Positions 55,053 through 62,826 of a stretch of DNA of 64,000 nucleotides are shown one piece after another. The notes beneath the pieces were generated by a model that saw only the letters and a program-made list of their open reading frames with translations, was not told the origin of the DNA and did not search any database. Numbering within the stretch: position 1 is the first letter of the stretch; every line of letters begins with the position of its first letter. This DNA is from an uncultured Nitrososphaerota archaeon (GTDB taxonomy: Archaea > Thermoproteota > Nitrososphaeria > Nitrososphaerales > Gagatemarchaeaceae). The translations under genes and the position numbers were made by a program. Where the stretch lies: assembly GCA_963838925.1 (NCBI GenBank), contig CAWISW010000002.1, positions 352,001-416,000 of the forward strand, in the 5' to 3' direction.

Positions 55053-55324
55053 CAGAATTGGACGAGCGGATAGGGGTCAGAATCGTGGGGCTGCTCCTCG
55101 TCGTCGCCGCTGCCGCGGTCGTCGGGCTGTGGACCCTCGACACATCGGTCGTGTCGGGCGAGTCCCTCTACGCGATCTACGTCTCGATAGACCTCATCTG
55201 CTTCTCCATGATTGCCTACATCTACAGGAAGACCAAGGTGGGCGACAGCTTCGGCCGCATCCCGATGCTCGCGGGGTGTTTCATGCTTGCCCTTCTTGTG
55301 GTCGCAGGCCTCGCAGTAATCTAG
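55049..55324 (+). CDS. Small three-TM protein, probable accessory subunit
   Basis: GTGA-coupled to cytochrome b; hydrophobic. Confidence 0.75.
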   Translation: MTELDERIGVRIVGLLLVVAAAAVVGLWTLDTSVVSGESLYAIYVSIDLICFSMIAYIYRKTKVGDSFGRIPMLAGCFMLALLVVAGLAVI

Positions 55325-55357
55325 AATCGCTCGCTTAAATCGAGCTCGAGTCGTTGA

Positions 55358-57166
55358 ATGAGCATGGGCATCCCGAGCCGACCTCTCGCAAGAGTAGGCG
55401 TACTGAACATCTCCTTGGTGGCGGCAGCGTCCTTAGCGTGCCTCCTCATGCTTGCAGCCTCGGCGAATGCCGCGAATGCCGCGACCGCCGCTCCCGCGAT
55501 CACCGTCTCGCCTACGGCGGCGATCGTCGGGGCGAGCATCACCGTCAGCGGGACCGGCTTCACGCCCAGCACCAGCCTCACCCTTCAGTGGGCCTCGGTG
55601 AACGCCTCCTGGGTGGTCTCCGGAAACCCGCCTCAAGTCACGGGAATCAAGACCGTACCGATCCAAAGGATGCTGGGCTCCGCGCAGACCAACGCCACGG
55701 GCGCCTTCACGGCTCAGATAACCGTCCCCACCGACTACGGGGCCTCCCACTTCATAGAGGCCTTCCTCACCAACGGGACCGCGCTGCCGCCGAGGGCGAC
55801 CTTCATAGTCGAGCCCTCGTTCACGTTCTCGCCCAAGAGCGGCCCCGCCGGGACGCCCATCAACGTTGTTGCGACCGGACTCGCAGACGGGCTGTATTCG
55901 ACCAGCTACCACCTCTCTTGGGACAACACGTACGTGGGCTACATGACGGCGATGGACTCTTGGGGGGCGACCAACTTCACCTTCTACGCTTCGGGGACTC
56001 CAGGGACCCACTTCATAGACATCTACCAGGGTTACCCCGGGCCGGGTTACCTCAACCCGCAGCAGGGTCCGCCGTCCTCGGAGACGCAGTCTGTCTTCGG
56101 GAGTTACATCCCGTTCCATGCTAACTTCACGATAACGCCGCTTCAGGTCAACCCGATGTCGACCTCGCAGACGAATACATCCACCATGCGCTACAGCGCG
56201 CCCGGCTCCGCAGAGTCCGGGTCCCTCGCCCTTCTTGCGGTGCTCGCAGGAGGCGCGCTCTTCGTCTCGAGGAAGGACCGCGAGCAAAGAGAGGCCATCT
56301 CACGGGTGCTTGTAGCGGTCGTGATCATCGTGCTCGTGGCAGTCGCCGGCGCAGGGCTCTACCTGACCACGGGCTCCGGCTCGACAACTACTAACACCTC
56401 GACATCGTCTTCGACCTCGAGCAGCTCGACCTCGACCTCCGTTACCTCCACCATACCTCAGGTCGGCTTCGTTCCTGTCGCTACGGCTGTGAGGCCGCAG
56501 ATCACGGTCCCGGCGCTGAACGTCGCCACCACAGGCCCGCGCATCACAATATCTCCCACGATAGCCAGCGTGGGGGACAACATCACCGTCAAGGGAGCTG
56601 GCTTCGCGCCGAACGCGTCGCTCCCTCTGACCTGGGCCACCAGGCAGGGCAGCAACCTTCTCGGTTATCAGCTCGTCAACAAGCCTCTGAGGACCGTCAC
56701 CGCGAGCAGCGGCGGCTCGTTCTCGTTCACGATGAAGGTCCCGCCAGACCTGGGAGGGCTCCACTTCATCGCCGCGAGCAACCTCACAGAGCACTCCAAC
56801 GGCACGCTCTTCATCCAGAGGAGCGCCACAATCAGTGCGACCCAAGGACCGCAGGGAACCACCATCCAAGTGATAATGCACGGGGTCGGCTGGGACTTTA
56901 ACACGAACATCGTCGCCGTGGACTATGACAACTCGTACATCGGTTACGCGTGCGGATTCAACAGCGGAGGAAACGTCACAGTCTCGATAGTCGCCAGCGG
57001 AGCGCCGGGGATCCACACGATCGACGTCTATCCGTCGATATGGTGGGGGCCGTCCGTCTTCGCCAACCAGCAGGTCGTCGAGTACAGGTACCCGCTCCTG
57101 ACTCCGCAGGACCATCCAGAGCTGATGCCGTCGTTCCACTTCACGTTCCTGATGACTCCCGGCTAG
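55358..57166 (+). CDS. IPT/Ig-repeat membrane protein, paralogue B
   Basis: Same architecture and motifs as 50830-52626 (YQGYPGPGYLN, TRQGSNLLGY, YRYPLLTPQDHPELMPSFHFTF). Confidence 0.82.
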   Translation: MSMGIPSRPLARVGVLNISLVAAASLACLLMLAASANAANAATAAPAITVSPTAAIVGASITVSGTGFTPSTSLTLQWASVNASWVVSGNPPQVTGIKTVPIQRMLGSAQTNATGAFTAQITVPTDYGASHFIEAFLTNGTALPPRATFIVEPSFTFSPKSGPAGTPINVVATGLADGLYSTSYHLSWDNTYVGYMTAMDSWGATNFTFYASGTPGTHFIDIYQGYPGPGYLNPQQGPPSSETQSVFGSYIPFHANFTITPLQVNPMSTSQTNTSTMRYSAPGSAESGSLALLAVLAGGALFVSRKDREQREAISRVLVAVVIIVLVAVAGAGLYLTTGSGSTTTNTSTSSSTSSSSTSTSVTSTIPQVGFVPVATAVRPQITVPALNVATTGPRITISPTIASVGDNITVKGAGFAPNASLPLTWATRQGSNLLGYQLVNKPLRTVTASSGGSFSFTMKVPPDLGGLHFIAASNLTEHSNGTLFIQRSATISATQGPQGTTIQVIMHGVGWDFNTNIVAVDYDNSYIGYACGFNSGGNVTVSIVASGAPGIHTIDVYPSIWWGPSVFANQQVVEYRYPLLTPQDHPELMPSFHFTFLMTPG

Positions 57167-57295
57167 GCTCAACAGCGGTCTGCCGGTTGGGAGCCCTGCC
57201 AAGGCGGGGCGCCATGGGGCTGCTCTCCCCGGCCGAACGCGAGACTCAGTCCCTGTCTCGATTTGACTTGGGACCGGTCACTGCCAGAGCTGTAA

Positions 57296-58306
57296 TCAGG
57301 CCGTGACGATTATCGTCGCGTTACCGGCTGACGTGTGAAGGGTGTCCATGTAGGTGTAGGTTCCTGGCGTGGTGAGTGTGATGCTCCAGATGCTGTAGGA
57401 GTTGATTGCGGGGGACGTCGTGCTAATTACCGAAGTGAACATTAAGGTCTTTGCCCCGCTGTCGTACACTCCGCACCAAGTGTGCGGAGGGTCAGCGTTG
57501 TAGAAGTACACGGTCGAGCCCGACTTCACGGTCAGACTGGTGGGGCTGAACTCGAAGCTCTGCAGGTACACGAGGTTCTGGACGACGCGGACCGGAAGGG
57601 GCACCGACGCCGAGAACGTTCCAGAGGTGGCCGCGACCGAGACCGTGAAGTTGCCGGGAGTCGCGGAGGCGCTCGCGAACACAGTGACCGCCTCTGCTGC
57701 AGGGAAGCCCGCCGAAAGCTTCACCGAGCTCGGGGAGATCTTCACAGTGAGGCCGTTGGACGCCGTGGCGTTGAATGTGACCGTTTCGCTCCCCGTCGCA
57801 CTTGAGGACGGGTTGAGCGTGAGCGAGATGTAGCTTGCATTGTTGCCTGGCGAGACGACCACAGAGGGCGCGTTGGCGACCATGGAGAACACGAAGGCTG
57901 GCGCGGTCGCCGTCGAGGAGGCTGACGACGTGCTGCTCGAGGTGCTGGTCGAACTACTGCTCGAGCTGCTGCTCGAGGACGTCGTGGTCGTGGTCGACGA
58001 GGTCGTAGAAGTGCTGCTTGTCGTGCTAGACGTCGAGGAAGTCGCTGAGGTTGTGCTTGGACTAGTGCTCGTCGTCGTGCTAGTGGTCGTAGTGGAGCTC
58101 GAGCTGGGCGTGGTGGTGCTCGATGTCGACGTCGTCGTCTGGGTGGTCGACGGGCTCGTCGAGCTCGTGCTGGAGCTGGACGACAGAGCCAGGTAGGCTC
58201 CCGCCCCAACCACGATCACTATCACGACTACCGCAATTGCAATGACAGAAGTGCTGACGCCCCGTCTGGCCCTAAAATTCATCAAAAACATTCCATTTTC
58301 CTCCAT
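57296..58306 (-). CDS. Membrane-anchored Ser/Thr-stalk + Ig + cupredoxin-fold protein with a degenerate Cu site (start may be 58282)
   Basis: RRGVS followed by a TM, poly-Ser/Thr, FSPTSLTVKSGSTV.F.N, TPGTYTYMDTLH (Cys replaced by Asp, no Met). Confidence 0.8.
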   Translation of the reverse strand: MEENGMFLMNFRARRGVSTSVIAIAVVVIVIVVGAGAYLALSSSSSTSSTSPSTTQTTTSTSSTTTPSSSSTTTTSTTTSTSPSTTSATSSTSSTTSSTSTTSSTTTTTSSSSSSSSSSTSTSSSTSSASSTATAPAFVFSMVANAPSVVVSPGNNASYISLTLNPSSSATGSETVTFNATASNGLTVKISPSSVKLSAGFPAAEAVTVFASASATPGNFTVSVAATSGTFSASVPLPVRVVQNLVYLQSFEFSPTSLTVKSGSTVYFYNADPPHTWCGVYDSGAKTLMFTSVISTTSPAINSYSIWSITLTTPGTYTYMDTLHTSAGNATIIVTA

Positions 58307-58421
58307 CTTAAACGTTCTTCACTAAGGATTCTGTTAACTGATTTGCACGGTAAGGTTCGGAATTTCTTCAATGACTATTCTGACTATAAGGCCTTCAATC
58401 TCAGTCACCCAATCGATAAAT

Positions 58422-59323
58422 ATGAAGGTCACCAAACGATGCCTGTTGGTCGCGCCTTTCAGCAGGAGGGCTCAATGGTGGCCCCTGATTGTAATGGGGC
58501 TCTTTTCTCTGATACTCTATTGGGGTCAGTTTCGGACGTTTCTGGGTCTCAACGCGCCGACGCTGAGCGAATTGGCCAACCTTGCGAATTTGCTTATCGT
58601 AGGGTTGATTTTTGTGGAGGCTTGGCCTTTTTTAGGCATCCACGGCTCCATCTCCGTAAGAGACAACTAGAGTATCATCGTCATCCGATTATCTACAAGC
58701 TTCCATTCATGACTCAGGAAGCTTATGATAACCCCGTTCTAGAGATATTCGCGGAAGTTCTCAATTTCAGCGGGTTTCTGCCAATAGTGCGAGCCACCGA
58801 CTGTCATGCACAAGTCATGTTCTTGGGGACGCAGAAGAACAAAGTCATAACCGCCCTTGACGACCGAATATGGGACAACGGGAAATCTTCGTTAACAATG
58901 CACACTGGCTTGCACCCAAGGTCAGTGAGGCTTTTCGCTTTGGACACCATGAGCCACATCATTGTCGAGAAGCGAGACGATGAAGATGGCGAGATTACTC
59001 CGGCGATCTTGCCAAACGGGGAATATCGGATGATTATTGTGCTTGATGCAGAGGACACTATGTCTACTGAGCAAGAGCTGGGAACCTTCAATTTTCCCGA
59101 CTCGTTCCTTGCTGAGGCTCAAGCTGAGACTTCATCTTACGATGTGTGGAAAGGAAGAGTGAGTGACACTGGCTATGCCATCTTCATAGAGAGAACTAGG
59201 GAAGGAAAGAACATAGCAAACGTGGTTGGTAAAGTTCCGGACAAGCGGTTAGCCGAACTGAAGTCAAAGGAATTGAAGGGTTTCGAGGTTAGGACATTGT
59301 GGCCCGCGCCTCCGTCATCGTAA
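58422..59323 (+). CDS. Passenger membrane-anchored hypothetical protein, frameshifted at a T6 run (58628-58633); start uncertain
   Basis: The two-TM ORF (..VEAWPF) joins the soluble ORF (FRHPRLHL..) if one T is added. Confidence 0.55.
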
Positions 59324-59372
59324 TATCCATATGGATATAGACTTAAGTAGTGGCATATCCATAGGGATATGC
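59323..59372 (+). promoter_or_regulatory. Transposase promoter with twin palindromic operators around a TATA-like box
   Basis: ATATCCATATGGATAT (59323-59338), ACTTAAGT (59341-59348), GCATATCC-ATAG-GGATATGC (59353-59372). Confidence 0.75.
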
Positions 59373-60277
59373 GTCGAATCATGCCTTGCAAATACTGCCT
59401 CTCGCAATGCGTCAAGCCTAACGGCTCGATGAAGGGAAAGAAGACGCTAAAGTGCATGGATTGCGGTAAGAGATTCACGGAGAGCGAAAGCCTTCCGAAA
59501 ATGAGGGTGAACAAGCACGCCATAGTCACGGCCCTCTCGATGTATTTCGAAGGCCTCTCTACGCGCAAGGTCTCTCGCCAGCTAGAGTCGATATTCGGAG
59601 AGAAGGTTTCGCAGGTCACGATTTGGAAATGGGTGAGGAAGTATTCGGTTCTAGTCAGCGCCTACACGAAGACGCTCTCGCCCCAAATCGGCGGAAGGTG
59701 GCACCACGACGAGACCGTGATACGATGCGAGGCTCAGAACCAATGGTTCTGGGAGATGCTAGACGAAGACACGCGCTTTATAGTCGCGTCGCACCTTTCA
59801 GAGACTAGGACGCTCAAGGACACAATCACCCAATTCAGGAAGGGGCTTGAGACGGCCAAACACAAGCCGACCGTCCTGTATGTCGATGGCTCGAACCAAT
59901 ACGACCAAGCCTTCAACACGGTCTTCTATTCGAGATACAAGGTAGCAAGGCCTGAACTAGTGAAGAACATCGGCATACGCTCCCGCGAGACAAACAACAT
60001 CATAGAGCGACTGCATGAGACCGTGAAGGAGCGCACCCGACCGATGCGCGGGTTCAAGAACCAAGACTCGGCCCGAGCGATCTTGGAGGGATATGTGGTG
60101 AATTACAATTTCGCAAGGCCTCACCTGTCCTTGAAGGGGAAGACTCCCGCACAACAGGCGGGAATCGAGGTGAAGGGATGGAAGCAATTGGTAGAAAACG
60201 CCATAAAGAAGGAGGCCTTGAACCCACAAAGTCAGGAGGGAGAGCGAATCACAATCGCTCCTTTGCAGGTGGTATGA
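59369..60277 (+). CDS. IS6-family-like DDE transposase with N-terminal Zn ribbon and HTH
   Basis: CKYC...CMDC; GLSTRKVS...VTIWKWV; WHHDET, VDG...Y, NNIIERLH; YNFARPH.SL.GKTPA. Confidence 0.92.
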   Translation: MRRIMPCKYCLSQCVKPNGSMKGKKTLKCMDCGKRFTESESLPKMRVNKHAIVTALSMYFEGLSTRKVSRQLESIFGEKVSQVTIWKWVRKYSVLVSAYTKTLSPQIGGRWHHDETVIRCEAQNQWFWEMLDEDTRFIVASHLSETRTLKDTITQFRKGLETAKHKPTVLYVDGSNQYDQAFNTVFYSRYKVARPELVKNIGIRSRETNNIIERLHETVKERTRPMRGFKNQDSARAILEGYVVNYNFARPHLSLKGKTPAQQAGIEVKGWKQLVENAIKKEALNPQSQEGERITIAPLQVV

Positions 60278-60456
60278 GCGACATGAGAAAGGCGCTGGTT
60301 GCACTACCGGAGGAAGTGTGGGCCATTATCGACCGAGACCTAGGCGACACTATGGGCCACGGCTACTCGGACACGATAAGGAGCATCGTTTTAGCATGGC
60401 TCTCGGAGAACGGATACCTAGTGAAAGGAGGAAAAGGCCACGGCAAAGAAAAGTAA
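60274..60456 (+). CDS. CopG/RHH-like protein
   Basis: RKALVALPEEVWAII...G.SDTIRSIVLAWLSE.GY; ATGA-coupled to the transposase. Confidence 0.75.
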   Translation: MSDMRKALVALPEEVWAIIDRDLGDTMGHGYSDTIRSIVLAWLSENGYLVKGGKGHGKEK

Positions 60457-60577
60457 GGACGAGGAAATCGACATACTCGACGATATGCTGACCTCCCTAG
60501 TTGACCTCTTGGAAGAGAAGGGCGTTATTACCCAAGAGGAATGGGAACAGCGCATCAAGAAGAAACTCAAAACATAG
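60440..60577 (+). CDS. 45-aa acidic helical protein with a putative ACG start
   Basis: AAGGAGG 8 nt before the ACG; reads AKKSKDEEIDILDDMLTSLVDLLEEKGVITQEEWEQRIKKKLKT. Confidence 0.65.
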   Translation, partial: TAKKSKDEEIDILDDMLTSLVDLLEEKGVITQEEWEQRIKKKLKT

Positions 60578-60616
60578 ATTCATATAAGAAGCGCCTTGGA
60601 GAATCAACCGACTAGA

Positions 60617-60727
60617 ATGTCCGGCTCCTTCGACAGCGTCGTTGAGCTGTTCGCCGCAGCGATAGCAGCGATTATTGGCCTCTATGTAATCTACATCTTG
60701 GTCAAGACACTTTTCTTCGGCGGATAG
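60617..60727 (+). CDS. 36-aa single-TM peptide
   Basis: MSGSFDSVVELFAAAIAAIIGLYVIYILVKTLFFGG; TATA-like CATATAAG about 30 bp upstream. Confidence 0.6.
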   Translation: MSGSFDSVVELFAAAIAAIIGLYVIYILVKTLFFGG

Positions 60728-60728
60728 C

Positions 60729-60869
60729 ATGAACCCATCCCTTGTCCTAGCAGGTGGAATCATGATGCTGATTGGCGTGTTCGAATTCTCGAACAATCAG
60801 CCATTGGAATTCCTGACTGTTTTGTTAGGAGGGTTTACCATGTATCAAGGGTCGAGAAGTGGTAGATAA
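60729..60869 (+). CDS. 46-aa two-TM peptide
   Basis: MNPSLVLAGGIMMLIGVFEFSNNQPLEFLTVLLGGFTMYQGSRSGR; starts 1 bp after the previous stop. Confidence 0.55.
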   Translation: MNPSLVLAGGIMMLIGVFEFSNNQPLEFLTVLLGGFTMYQGSRSGR

Positions 60870-61099
60870 CGAAGGATGAGAAAACTGGAAGGCCAACCCC
60901 TTCTAAGTATGACCGCCTTTTCGGGATGTCATTTTTTCTCGTCGCGGGCTATCTGATTTACTACTTGGTCTCTCAGCAATCGAATCTGAGTGAAGCATCA
61001 GAGGGAGTTATAGGCGCGATAACTGTGGTCTGCCTTGTACTCGCCGGAATAGTGTTCACAGGTAGAGATTTTCCCGATATCAAGGTCTTATCGGCATAG
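60866..61099 (+). CDS. 77-aa two-TM protein (putative ATA start overlapping the previous TAA)
   Basis: ITKDEKTGRPTPSKYDRLFGMSFFLVAGYLIYYLV...VIGAITVVCLVLAGIVFTG...; ends 11 bp before the right TIR. Confidence 0.5.
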   Translation: MTKDEKTGRPTPSKYDRLFGMSFFLVAGYLIYYLVSQQSNLSEASEGVIGAITVVCLVLAGIVFTGRDFPDIKVLSA

Positions 61100-61241
61100 A
61101 TTTTAGCCGTGTGCAAATCAGTTAACAGAATCTTCACTAAGAGACGACAATCTGCGATTTTGAGGGGAAAATCGGGTGCTCAGGGAGCCGCGGGGAGTCC
61201 AGCGGTTTAATATGAGCAGTAGGGCCCTCGAACCCCTGGAA

Positions 61242-61766
61242 ATGACAACTCCATTGATGGACTTGTACACGCTCGTCGGCATCGCAACCGTGGCCGTCGG
61301 GATACTGGTGGCAGAGGAGGCCCTGAGCTTCGTGGTTCGGAGGGCGGCAAGGAGGGCGAGGGCTGGCCCGACCGTCCTGCGAGACCTCGGGACTGGCATG
61401 AGGCTCATCGCGCTGGTGCTGATCCTCTCGGACGTCCTGAGCGCCTCCGGCCTCTCGTCCCTCTTCACGACCCTTACCATCTCAGGGATCCTGGCCGTCG
61501 CGGTCTCGCTCGCGCTTCAGACGACGCTCTCGAACGTGATCTCCGGGCTCCTCCTCTTCAGCGACGGGGTGCTGCGCCTGGGCGACACGGTAGAGTACAG
61601 CAGCGCGAAGGGCAAGGTGGTACGCGTCGGCCTGAGGAACACGTGGATCAAGACCGAGCACGGCCACCTGGTGGTGGTAAGCAACTCCTCGCTTTCGGGA
61701 GGCCCTCTCGTGAACCACACGGCGACAGAGCGGCTCTCGAAGAAGTACGCCTTCGAAGCGGATTGA
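61242..61766 (+). CDS. Small-conductance mechanosensitive channel (MscS), short form
   Basis: ALQTTLSNVISG, LGD.V, G.V..VGLRNT.I, V.NS. Confidence 0.88.
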   Translation: MTTPLMDLYTLVGIATVAVGILVAEEALSFVVRRAARRARAGPTVLRDLGTGMRLIALVLILSDVLSASGLSSLFTTLTISGILAVAVSLALQTTLSNVISGLLLFSDGVLRLGDTVEYSSAKGKVVRVGLRNTWIKTEHGHLVVVSNSSLSGGPLVNHTATERLSKKYAFEAD

Positions 61767-61778
61767 ATGAGGCGGCCT

Positions 61779-62780
61779 TCACTCGGGCCTGAACTGGTAG
61801 GTGGGCAGCGCGAGGTCCGATATGTCGACGAAGATGCTCGCCACCCTCTCCAGGAGCGCGAGGAGGTCGACCATCATTCCGGTGGACGTCCCCTTCATCC
61901 CGACCATCCCCTTCGAAAGCTCGCCGAGCTTCTCTCGCATCGCGGCCACCTCGGTGTGGGTGCGCCTCGGCTGTACGCGCCTCCTCGCCAGGAACGACGA
62001 TATCGCGACGTCGCCCATCTTCTCCAGCGTGCCGAGGAACTGGACCAGCTGCGCGGCCACCTCCTTGCCCAAGTCCTCGCCGGCAGCGCGCTTTGAAAAG
62101 TCGGCGACTGCGTCCCCGAGGCTCTCTAGGTAGCTCGCGAGAACGCGGTAGTCGAGGCACTCGATGGGGGCAAGCTTGTACCTCTCCGCGACCTCAGGAT
62201 CGATGGTCGCCGTCCGGATGGTCCTGACCAGGAGGAAGTAGAGCCTGTCCACCTCGTCGTCCCTCTCGCCCACCAGCGCCAGAAGGGCGCGGTCGTGCCT
62301 CGCGCCCTCCGCGGAGTCCCGAAGCATCCCGCTGATGAGGCTCGCCATCCTCCTCACTATCCTCTCCGGGTCGAGCACCGCCGGGTCGGGGAGGAACTGG
62401 AGGGTCATGCTCTTCGCGTCCTCGTCCACGATCTCGAGGCCCACCAGCCTCGTCACGGCGGCCTTGAGCCTCCCCCTGTCCTCCCTGGATATCACCGTCT
62501 TACCCTCGACCCGTATCGCGTTGCTCCCCATGAGGTAGGCGCCGGTGACGTCGTTTGTCACGTAGCTCAGGCTCTCCCTCGGGTACTCGATGACGACCTC
62601 TTGGTCCTCCTGCTTTACGCCCTTCTCGCCTATCGGCTTCACCATTAGCCTCCTCGCCGAGATCTCTTCCACGGCCACGCTCGAGCCACGCACGATGCCG
62701 TTCTTCTTTGCCCAGCTCTTCGGAAGGGAGATCAGGACGGTCCCCCCGCCCATCTCAAGGACCTTGCGGGTATCCATCAA
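61779..62780 (-). CDS. AbrB-PhoU phosphate uptake regulator
   Basis: RKV...GGGT..ISLPK.WA, RDDEVDRLYFL..R, LESLGD, LERVA. Confidence 0.92.
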   Translation of the reverse strand: MMDTRKVLEMGGGTVLISLPKSWAKKNGIVRGSSVAVEEISARRLMVKPIGEKGVKQEDQEVVIEYPRESLSYVTNDVTGAYLMGSNAIRVEGKTVISREDRGRLKAAVTRLVGLEIVDEDAKSMTLQFLPDPAVLDPERIVRRMASLISGMLRDSAEGARHDRALLALVGERDDEVDRLYFLLVRTIRTATIDPEVAERYKLAPIECLDYRVLASYLESLGDAVADFSKRAAGEDLGKEVAAQLVQFLGTLEKMGDVAISSFLARRRVQPRRTHTEVAAMREKLGELSKGMVGMKGTSTGMMVDLLALLERVASIFVDISDLALPTYQFRPE

Positions 62781-62813
62781 AATCTATAGAGTTCTATAGA
62801 TTATTTATAGATT
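62781..62813. promoter_or_regulatory. Repeated TATAGA boxes forming a 10-2-10 palindrome, candidate AbrB-PhoU operator
   Basis: AATCTATAGA-GT-TCTATAGATT plus a third TTATAGATT about 11 bp further on. Confidence 0.6.
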
Positions 62814-62826
62814 ATCTTGATAAATT

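Larger units (their letters stand above)
58327..61132 (+). mobile_element. IS6-like transposon carrying passenger genes
   Basis: Perfect 22-bp TIRs GATTCTGTTAACTGATTTGCAC (58327-58348, 61111-61132); TSD TTCACTAAG (58318-58326, 61133-61141); AT-richer than the flanks; internal DDE transposase. Confidence 0.93.

Noticed and set aside
57900-58190. Tandem-repeat or CRISPR-like arrays (also 8190-8250, 50520-50720, 52840-52990)
   Set aside because: These are low-complexity Ser/Thr linker codons inside ORFs with no repeat-spacer structure. No CRISPR array or cas gene was seen in the window.
58628-58633. Phase variation at the T6 run
   Set aside because: The run is short, and a homopolymer miscall or decay is simpler.
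60497-60796. Minus-strand 99-aa ORF in the transposon
   Set aside because: The plus-strand small ORFs have SD/TATA signals and coupling; this ORF is their antisense shadow.
61155-61174. CGATTTT-GAGGGG-AAAATCG as a fourth regulon site
   Set aside because: The spacing is 2 bp shorter, the TCA/TGA core is missing and the offset to TATA is wrong.
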